The notes below the pieces were generated by a model. It ran no database searches, was not told where the DNA came from, and saw only the letters and a list, made by a program, of their open reading frames with translations. Source: Cyanidioschyzon merolae (Eukaryota). From it: a stretch of DNA of 64,000 nucleotides. Each line of letters opens with the position of its first letter. Position 1 is the first letter of the stretch. This document shows, piece by piece, positions 33,568 to 42,417 of the stretch. The stretch is from NCBI GenBank assembly GCA_000091205.1, contig AP006488.2. One strand, given 5' to 3'. The position numbers and the translations under genes are program-made.

Positions 33568-35061
33568 CTATTGCTCGAGGATAAATTCCTGAACAGGGCG
33601 TCCAAGGTGGCGCGCTATGGTACCGTTACTGTCTCGCGCCGGTCGATGCACCAAAACCTGATGCTGTCCTCTATTCAGACTTGTCACCGCAACATTCCCG
33701 TGCTGACTAGAGGACGTACCTGAGGTCGTGGGCATCGCGAAGCGCACAGTCTCCGCGTTCTGGACGATGACGTTCCCGGCGATGTCGCCGCTCCACGATT
33801 CCGTCTTGTTGCCGGCAGCGGCACCCGTACCGTCCGCATGGAGACTTAGCTGCACGAGTAGCAACGGACGACGCTCGATTTTCGCTCGTCCAAGCGTTAC
33901 AGAGCGACTTCGACCCGAGCGGGCGTCCACCGCAAGGAGTTCATCGCCAGCTCGCAGCTCGCAGAGATACTTGGTCGAGCCATCGGGGACAAGGATGTAC
34001 GAATGGACGGCACCGGCATTCACGCGAAAAGGCCTACTAGCAACGTATGGGTTCTGAGCAGCTTCGCTGAGCACCAGGGCCAGAGTGGAGGCGCTGGAGC
34101 CCACCAGAAACCCTTCGTGAAACGCCAGCAGCGAACAGGTGTCAAGACAAACACGCTCGCCAACACCAGCTTCGCGCACGTCCACAACCACAGCTGGATC
34201 CAATACGAGACTGTTTTCGAGCCGTTGATAACGATTGCGTAGACTAGCGAAGGATTCAACGGCGCTGGCGCTCCCTGTGGCCAGAATAACGCCATGGACA
34301 CCGCGCTCTAAGCTTGCAAGCTGTGCCTCAGCCATGCCCGTCGTCGACACGACAACGAGTATACTCGTTTGTCTCTGATACGCTACGCTGACCAGATTTT
34401 CAACGGGTATGAGTTCCCAGTCTTTCGTTTCAACCATGACAATAGAGCGGCAAGGCAGGTTTTCTTCCAGAGCGTGCACATCTTCCGCGGACTGCAGTTC
34501 GTAAAATACTGCGTATGTAGCACCGGTGCGCTGCTCCCGCACCAATCGTGGACAGGTTCCGTGTGCTACAATATATCGTGCATCAGTGGTTGGCTCTTTC
34601 CACTCTCCCCAGGTTGTCGCATGCTCGTGTACCAGAACGGGAAAAGCGAGGTCCACTGCACGCGCGTATGCCTCTTGAGTGGCAGGCATAACCCAGAATG
34701 AACGCGAACTTGACGATAGTGCGTGATCCGCGCGACGCAAAGCGGCTCCGTCTGCGTAGGTCTCTGCAACCTCCTGGATGAACTGAAGGGAACAGGCACC
34801 CAGAGAGTGCCTCTGTGAGCGTTCGACAGTCCGTCGACAGCGCCCGACGTGCCGGTGTCGCGGGCCCAGCAGCCTTGATCCAGTGTCTGGGTTCCTTGTG
34901 AACTTCCGTGGATGCGATTCTACATAAAATCCTGTTCGAGTCGGAGCGTGTGCTCTCAGAGAGCGAGCTGTCGACCAAAGAGCGGTTGCAGCGGCGCCAC
35001 CGCTCCACGAACACCTTGAGAAGCTCGGCGGACACAACCAGGAAACTGCTTGCGACGACAT
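33568..35061 (-). CDS. Archaeal-type 3-dehydroquinate synthase II homolog (DHQS-II, PF01959-like) with an N-terminal extension of about 120 aa.
   Basis: 'ERVCLDTCSLLAFHEGFLVGSSASTLALVLSEAAQNPYVASRPFRVNAGAVHSYILVPDGSTKYLCELRAGDELLAVD...GRAKIERRPLLLVQ' matches the conserved core of archaeal AroB' (DRVCIDTCSLM..GEGMLIGS...ENPYVATRPFRVNAGPVHAYIL...KIERRPLVL). 'KDWELIPVENLVS' matches 'RDWTIIPLENLIA'. True ATG. Confidence 0.75.
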   Translation of the reverse strand: MSSQAVSWLCPPSFSRCSWSGGAAATALWSTARSLRAHAPTRTGFYVESHPRKFTRNPDTGSRLLGPRHRHVGRCRRTVERSQRHSLGACSLQFIQEVAETYADGAALRRADHALSSSSRSFWVMPATQEAYARAVDLAFPVLVHEHATTWGEWKEPTTDARYIVAHGTCPRLVREQRTGATYAVFYELQSAEDVHALEENLPCRSIVMVETKDWELIPVENLVSVAYQRQTSILVVVSTTGMAEAQLASLERGVHGVILATGSASAVESFASLRNRYQRLENSLVLDPAVVVDVREAGVGERVCLDTCSLLAFHEGFLVGSSASTLALVLSEAAQNPYVASRPFRVNAGAVHSYILVPDGSTKYLCELRAGDELLAVDARSGRSRSVTLGRAKIERRPLLLVQLSLHADGTGAAAGNKTESWSGDIAGNVIVQNAETVRFAMPTTSGTSSSQHGNVAVTSLNRGQHQVLVHRPARDSNGTIARHLGRPVQEFILEQ

Positions 35062-35914
35062 GCCAAGAAACTAGGTCACAAGTCCGTACCTTGACCTTTT
35101 TCCACCTCGCAATAAGGGAAGAGCACCCACCCGTCTCACAGAGAGGCAAACGAGCTTGCTATCCCTTATTGTTTTACGCGTATGAAGGGTATATCAGCTG
35201 ATGCTCCAGCGTACTGGTAAACGCAGCGGTACAGCTACCACCGCCACCAGGAACGTTTTGCACCTGTTCAAGAACTCTTTTCCTCGACGAGGCAAGCTGT
35301 GTTGCGAAACTGGTGTTGCTGGTGCTGCGCTCTTGGAGCAATAAAGCGGTGGACGCTGCTGACTCGGGCGTGTTGCTGTTCGGCTCCGGGCTGGAAGGAC
35401 GCCAGCGGGAAAGCACCTCCGGTGGAGTGCTGGGCAACGCAACCGCACTTGTACGCAGTCACTTTCAAGGGAGAGTCTGCTCTCGGTGTGTACCGCTTGG
35501 GCTCGCTACACCGCCTTTCTAGAGTGCACGCAAGCGTCGTCGTCAGCAACGGTACTTGATCGGTGCTGAAAACGTTGCATCAGTGGTAGAGTGGCGCTCC
35601 CGTTGGCGCACTTCCGTGACTCTCACCTGAATACGCACGTTTCTCTTTTTGAACACCAGGTCCGCGCAGTGGTATACACAAATCTCACTATACCTGATCC
35701 GAGTCGGCGGCAGCTGCGGTGGGGCAAGCCCTGCGGGTGACGGCACCAGGCGGCTTCTCCGACCACAACGTGTGCGCTGGGCGCTCTCGTCCAACGTTAG
35801 GCGAGCAAACGAGCACAAGGAGCCACCGAGGATCCACCAGGATAGAATTCGCAACGAAGTTCACAGCGCTTCATTCTTACTCGTGAGTCGCAAGGCGCTC
35901 TCCACCCCAGCCAC

Positions 35915-37756
35915 ATGCACACAGCGACCAGCGGTGCGTTCGCATGCCTGCACCAGCGGACGCTGCCTCTGGATACCGTCTGCGTTGCAGCCTGGTCTCC
36001 TGTTGCGGACCTGCTCGCGCTGGTCTTTGCTCCGGCTTCAGTGGTCATTTTGCGCTTGAACTGGGAGCTCGTCGGTGTCTGGCGTCCAAGCGAAGCATCA
36101 GCAGGTGACTCAATACCGAAAGTCACCTGCCTCTGCTGGTCGCCGCATGAGCCCAGGCTCCTGCTCGGCCAGTCTGATGGGACACTCACCCTGCTCTCCG
36201 TGGAGCATATGCAGTGTATGACCATATACGAGGCCGACGATGAGCCGTTCGACGTCCAGTATGGCGGATGGAAGCGACTCGTTTGGATACCGCTGACAGA
36301 TCGGAAGGAGAGCAGTCTCGCGTTGGGCGTTCGTGAGCATGGCGCCGATATCTTCATCTTCATCGAAGGTCTGTACGCCTGTGGAATGTTCGACCTGGCG
36401 CGCCTCGGCTCAGTGGAAGACTTTACAACGTCGGAGGATACGCGATACCTGGCTGCGCTAGGAGCCGGAAACACCCTTCTGATCGGTGCTTTAGATGAGG
36501 TGCGTCCTCGGTTTCACGAATGGGGACGCTTCGCGCACTGGAGCGTGCAAACTCGCGAGCGCATTTTCCAGTTGCAGCTCGCCACCCAGGGCATCCAGGA
36601 GCACTGGCAAGCCACTGCTCGTGTGATGTATCAAGTCCTCGATACGCTCACGGAAACGCTGGTCCGGTACCGCCCCGAAGCGGATAGGGCGACTGCGTTT
36701 CGGGAACTGCTTCTGTTGGCATACGGGATGGCGCCAGCGCCAGCCGTACGGGACTGGCTTGCGAATACCATGTCGGAGTCTAATCAGCGAAGCTGCAGTC
36801 GGACGGTGGTGACCAGCCTCAGGGCGTGTGTTGAGATCGCCCGTACCCAGCTGCTACCGCTTTTGAATGCACTTCTGGCGCAGGTCGCTGGGTTACCGGA
36901 CGCGGGGCCCGCTTTTACAGCCGAGACCAAGGCGTGCTGGCGGCTGGGACACGGCATTGCGCTAATGCTGCAACGATTTCGACCGCTTTATGTTATGTTT
37001 TGGAGCTGGCTCGCTGGACGATCTGATGAAAACCTGCGGCTCGTGGTTGATCGCGAAAAAATTGAAGCGCTCTTTCGAGAGCGTTTCTTCGGGGTTGCGG
37101 ATATGGATGCGCAGTTGGAATCCTTCACTCGGGCGCTCATGACCCTTGAAACGAGACTGAACGATCTAGCACGGCATCATCAGTCCAGACGTTGGCCGTT
37201 GAAGACTGCGGTCTCCGCATCGATACCTCAGAGCACTGGGGAGCCGTCCTCGCTACAACCACTACTACAGCGGCAGCGACTAAGACCTATGGTGCGCTGG
37301 CTCCCGTCGATGGCAAGTTTCCAGGTCTGCACCGAAAGCGGAGACCTCTGGCTAATCTCTACCCAAGGGACGGTTGCGTTATCATTCTCGATTCGATATC
37401 TGATACAAAGCTCATCTGAAACAAGTTTCGTTCGGGTTGCATGGTACCGCGACCCCAAGATCTGTGTCTTGACTTCCGCGGGGCTCTGGTGTTTGACGAG
37501 CGTGAAAACAGGCGATGCATCGCCGCCTCGCGCAACGGAAAGTCATGACCTCTTTCGAGCGTTAGAGCTCACTGCACCCGCATCATCAACATCATCGTTC
37601 GGGAGCGCATTCCCAGAAGTGCTTCAAATCCCAGCTCTTGTCTGCGGAATTACACGCGGATTGGCATGCATCTTCGCAAGTGCTTCCCGAGTCCTGGTCT
37701 TTGACCTCGAGGACAGCGATGTAGATGCGGATGCGGCGACTGAGGCGCTGCCCTGA
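35915..37756 (+). CDS. ANAPC4: Anaphase-promoting complex subunit 4 (APC4)
   Basis: N-terminal WD40 'VCVAAWSPVADLLALV...ILRLNWELVGVW...KVTCLCWSP' aligns to human APC4 'IFLVWSPKRDLIAL...LHRLASFHRVW...EVTCLAWRP'. 'IFIFIEGLYACGMFDLARL' matches 'ILVLGG..ELYAYGMFKIARV'. Confidence 0.75.
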   Translation: MHTATSGAFACLHQRTLPLDTVCVAAWSPVADLLALVFAPASVVILRLNWELVGVWRPSEASAGDSIPKVTCLCWSPHEPRLLLGQSDGTLTLLSVEHMQCMTIYEADDEPFDVQYGGWKRLVWIPLTDRKESSLALGVREHGADIFIFIEGLYACGMFDLARLGSVEDFTTSEDTRYLAALGAGNTLLIGALDEVRPRFHEWGRFAHWSVQTRERIFQLQLATQGIQEHWQATARVMYQVLDTLTETLVRYRPEADRATAFRELLLLAYGMAPAPAVRDWLANTMSESNQRSCSRTVVTSLRACVEIARTQLLPLLNALLAQVAGLPDAGPAFTAETKACWRLGHGIALMLQRFRPLYVMFWSWLAGRSDENLRLVVDREKIEALFRERFFGVADMDAQLESFTRALMTLETRLNDLARHHQSRRWPLKTAVSASIPQSTGEPSSLQPLLQRQRLRPMVRWLPSMASFQVCTESGDLWLISTQGTVALSFSIRYLIQSSSETSFVRVAWYRDPKICVLTSAGLWCLTSVKTGDASPPRATESHDLFRALELTAPASSTSSFGSAFPEVLQIPALVCGITRGLACIFASASRVLVFDLEDSDVDADAATEALP

Positions 37757-37997
37757 GGTTTTCTGAAGCATACCTCGCCCGTCGCGCTCAGACACGACTG
37801 GATCTTCGCAACCTGTTCGCTGCGTTCGCTGGGGACAAGGGCGCCTTGGTGGCAACCGGCCCGCAAGTTGACACACTCAATCGACGCATGCGACATGCTG
37901 TCGGTCTTGTCTGCTGCAGGCACCAGATCCCTTCGCGTTCGAAAGAGACGGGGGCCATGGCGACGCCCACAATCGTTGCCTTCGACTCAGTTGGTTA

Positions 37998-38627
37998 TCA
38001 ACAGCAACCGCCGCTTTGGCTGACCTGCTCGGTTTCGGCCCGCACATCCACACCAGAGCGGCTGGTTCCAGCACCACTGCCTTTGGCGAGTGCCAGGTTC
38101 CCTGTGCGGTTTCGGATCTCTTTCGTCATCATGACAAACGCTTCCTCCACGTGATCCGCCGTCTTTGCGCTTGTCTCAATGTACGGAATGCCCAGTCTTT
38201 GCGCAAGCTCCTCGGCCTGCTGGCGGGTGACAACCCTCTGCTCCGTCAGGTCCGTCTTATTCCCCACGAGAAGCTTGCAGACCGATTCGCTCGCGTAGTT
38301 TTCAATCTCAGAAATCCAAGACGTAACATTCTTAAAGCTCTCTTCGTCGGTCACGTCAAAGACGATGATGATGCCGTGCGCCCCGCGGTAGTAGGACGAG
38401 GTGATCGTCCGGAAGCGCTCTTGCCCAGCGGTGTCCCAGATCTGCAGTTTGACGACTTTACCGTCCTCGAACTGCAGCGACTTGATCTTAAAGTCGACAC
38501 CGATCGTCGACATGAACGAGTCCGAAAACGAACCTTCCGCAAAACGCAACAATAAACAGCTCTTACCGACACCACTGTCCCCAATGAGGAGCAGTTTGAA
38601 CAAGTAGTCAAAGTCTGTTGTGCTCAT
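37998..38627 (-). CDS. Rab1/Ypt1-family small GTPase with a C-terminal CC prenylation motif
   Basis: '[23 protein letters not shown]', '[31 protein letters not shown]', 'GNKTDL', 'ETSAK', ends 'GGCC'. The ORF track start at 38636 is GTG; the ATG at 38627 gives '[11 protein letters not shown]'. Confidence 0.9.
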   Translation of the reverse strand: MSTTDFDYLFKLLLIGDSGVGKSCLLLRFAEGSFSDSFMSTIGVDFKIKSLQFEDGKVVKLQIWDTAGQERFRTITSSYYRGAHGIIIVFDVTDEESFKNVTSWISEIENYASESVCKLLVGNKTDLTEQRVVTRQQAEELAQRLGIPYIETSAKTADHVEEAFVMMTKEIRNRTGNLALAKGSGAGTSRSGVDVRAETEQVSQSGGCC

Positions 38628-38851
38628 CACGAACACTTCTCGAAGTACAAGTGCTCAAAGCGCTTTCGAACCCAGACCCCCAAAAAGGACGATACCACAA
38701 ACGTGGTCGCTATTCGCAAACCGCCCAGAAACGTCACAGGCAACGAGCGTTCAGGTCTTTCTGGCAGGTTTCCGTACCGCGCAGGGACAACCGTCGTAAC
38801 ACCTTGCGCAGCGCGCCGCATATCGAGGCGATTGCACCTGCGCGCGCGAAA

Positions 38852-39200
38852 ACGTATACACGGATACGTATACACGGATACGTATACACGGATACGTATA
38901 CACGGATACGTATACACGGATACGTATACACGGATACGTATACACGCATACGTATACACGGATAAGTATACACGGATACGTATACACGGATACGTATACA
39001 CGGATAAGTATACACGGATACGTATACACGGATACGTATACACGGATAAGTATACACGGATAAGTATACACGGATAAGTATACACGGATACGTATACACG
39101 GATACGTATACACGGATACGTATACACGGATAAGTATACACGGATACGTATACACGGATAAGTATACACGCATACGTACACACGGATATGCATATATACA
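38852..39200. repeat. 14-bp minisatellite (ACGGATACGTATAC with AAG/GCA variants), about 25 copies, 200 bp upstream of the Rab1 ATG.
   Basis: Direct reading. It generates the multi-frame artifact ORFs 38627-39269. Confidence 0.9.
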
Positions 39201-42200
39201 CATCAAATGCCCACAGATCGAGAAGCGGCACAGGGGCGCTGTTGGAAACCGAAGAGAGCGCCTACCCATGGGCTATAGAGCGTGGCGTGCGCGATGACAT
39301 GCTGCCGGCCTGCGACGGCATGCTGGTTGAGTTTCATTGACAAGGTGGAATGTAGGAAAGCAACATTATATCCGAGAGGACGTATGGGTCATGGAACTTG
39401 ACGGTGGCGTCATGAATGATATGCGCTTTCTCGAATGTCGATGTTGATCGTGCAATTTAGGATTCTTCGTGTGTGCACACGTTCAGTTCAGTAAACGACA
39501 ACATAGATCGTTGGTGCAAACTCATCTGTAGAAGCAGCGATGGCGACGATCTTCTTCATGATGCGCGTACGGCGTATGCGATTCGACGTCAGTGCATCCG
39601 CGTGAATATCAAATGGAACGGGGCGCGATCACAGGGGCTCGCAGACGAGTCTTTGGGCACGGTATGCTTCCAGCGTCAATCATAAAGGACTTTGGGGTTT
39701 GCTTTTCCGCTTTCATGTATCCGGTTTTCGATAGGCTGGCCTTTGTTATTCCACCGGTGCTGCGCTCAGTAGTTGTGGGATGATGATAGCAATATTCAAG
39801 TCAAGATTTGGTAGTTTTCTGTTGTTTCATGCGCATGCGAAGCACAAGCAAAAGTTGCAACCTAGGCATCGCTTGCCCGATAAAGCTCGTTTACATAAAG
39901 CCTCGGAGCGCACATCGCAGGCGCGGCACATGGCTGTGTTCAAGCGTTCCAGTACGTCCACTGAACCTGCTCGTCCTCTGAGTACCGCCCTGTGGCGCTT
40001 GTAGGCCTGCTTCATCGCTCAGGGCATGGCCTTGGCGTGTACACGGAAACGATATTAAACGCTCTCGCCCGTTGGTGCCCCCGAAGCGTGCTGTATCCTT
40101 CGTTGGCGATCATCTTTTCGGTTATCTCCGCGGCAAGTACGCTGTCCGCTGCACGCGCAAGCGCATGTTGCTCCAACCGAACAGTTACCATGGGCTCTGT
40201 GATCGAGCTTCATTTTGCTGCATACGCTGCTGGTAAAAAGTGGCGACGGGCGCAAGCGGTGTCGTGTCCGCATCTTGCACCCGCCAGCAACCATGCGGCT
40301 ACGGCTTCTGAGGCGCCCCTCAGTTCTGTCCGCCATCTGTTAGAACCAGTCTCCCGTTTGTTCTCCTCTGCTGCGACGAAGATGAAACACTCGTGAGTAG
40401 AGCATATGACTATTGGTAAAGGTCGCAGGGTTCCGAACTCGTTGCTCCAGAGCGTCAACGGTTACCACACGAGAACTGAACTGCTGTTCGGATCGCACCG
40501 AAACGTGTCGCGAGCGGTTCGCTCGCCACAGGTCCAGCACGATGCATATCGCTCTGTGGCACTCGTTCGGCAGGTGACGCGACATTTTTGATCATCCTTC
40601 GTCTGTAGATCTCCTATTCCGAGCCTATTTGCCAATGAGATTAAAGTTGGTCACAAAGTTCATAAGACGTTCGCCTTCGATGTCGATGGATACCGCTAAG
40701 CGATCGAACGCGATGCACGGCATGACGGCTCGTTGCCATGATGCAAGCCTGTCGTTGCTGCCTTGCTTGTTCGAATGAGCTTCTTTCTTTGCCGTCTGGC
40801 GGTTTCTCTTCCTACCCTTCATAGATAATCGCTCGTTCGTGAGATCCTCCTGCTTCTGAGCCCTACATGGGCGCCCGTTATGACGCCTGTGCACCGGTCG
40901 CGTCAACGTTCTGCGCGCGCCCTCTGTGGCTTCCAAGTCCGCAACAGGTCGCTGGATCTATCAGGGTCCAAATACCTGCTGGCGGAAGACCCCGAATTGA
41001 GGCTCCTGAGCTTTGTAAAAAAGTGTGCAATGGAGACGACCTCTCTCTCCAAGTGAGCAGCAGCCTCGGCGTATATAGAAGATTCTGGTTTGCATCACGG
41101 ATCCGGCACCATTCATAATGCTTTCTGACGGCACTTGAATGGGTATCGCACGGGATTGCACTCAGAAGGACGTGCACTATGGAATGCTCTGAGTCCTGCT
41201 ATTGTCTGTATGCCTCTGTATTGTTTCGCGCTGAACAATACTTGTGATGCACGACTTTTTTGGCAGAACTGAATCGATCTGAATTGCTTTCTTATCGACC
41301 ATTTCATCAATGAACGGCAATGAGTCACACCATATGCACCCCGCAGTGCTGCCTGCCTTGATGCATGCCATTCGGACAAAGGGTCGGACAAGGACGCCTC
41401 CCCGGGGAAGCAGTATCAACTCGTCCGAGCACCTCTGCGAGACGCTCGGATGCGCGATGCGGACACACGGTCTGCATTGCTGACGGACGACGAAGCCCCA
41501 GCGGTATTGACGGGAGTTATGCAGTCCATCGTATCTCAATTGTTGCTTTGGTACAGTGGCGCTCTAACAAGGACCGAGTTCGTTCATCGTAATCGACCTC
41601 ACAACAGGGTCACCAGTGCGGTCCAGTCGATGCCGCACTCTCTGGACACGAATCGATCTGCAGGATGGGGTGTTGGCGCTCGTACGGCTTCTTCTCGGGC
41701 ACTGCTTTGAGGAGCAATGCCTGCCGTGCGTACCGTCTTGCCGAGTCCGTCTGCTGGCAACCTGGAGCTTGTGATTGCCGCATCGCCAGATGCGTCACCC
41801 GGTGTACGCCTGTCCAACGGATATTTTTACGGAAGCAGCCTAAAGCACCGGGATCGCCGACACCGACGCCCCCTTCCCTCTTGTATCCCCCCGCTTGGCG
41901 TCCCGGGCCCGCTGGACGCGCTCAACGCCAACAAAAGCCGACCCGTGCTCCCTGCTGCAGTGTACTCCGGGCGACGAGTCCGTGAACCGCAACCAAGTCT
42001 CGGTTTAAAAGCACTGCATCACCAACGGCTCCTGCCTCGCCGTGTGTTCCATGAACGCCTCGCGAGACGCTGAGAGGTATCGCAACTCGTTTCGTGCATG
42101 CGCAGAATCTTTCCTCCGCGTTCAAGCGCTTCAGTCTACGAGCTCGCCAGCGCAGCACAAACCGCCAGAGATGCTCGGTACCGTCCACTCAATCCCCAGG

Positions 42201-42417
42201 CAGTGTTCATCAGGCAAGCAGCAGCCACATGACAGTGTTCACTTCGATCCACCTCGTCACAAACACGCCACGTACTATCAACTGTGTACGCATCCAGCGT
42301 CGATAGCAACTGCGCACGCGAATGCGCCTCCAGCGTCGTGCACCCATTATATGAACGAACTTGCACCTGCGTCCAGCTACAGACTGGTGCGCTATAGGGG
42401 CTGCACTCTCTAAACAC

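Noticed and set aside
30633-39200. Tandem arrays (50-bp x 7 and 14-bp x 25) considered as CRISPR-like arrays.
   Set aside because: The units are contiguous with no unique spacers. The context is eukaryotic. They are plain mini- or microsatellites.
38627-39269. Three long minus-strand ORFs (165-188 aa) full of 'YTYPCIRIRVYVSVY'.
   Set aside because: They are generated entirely by the 14-bp minisatellite being open in all frames. They are not genes.
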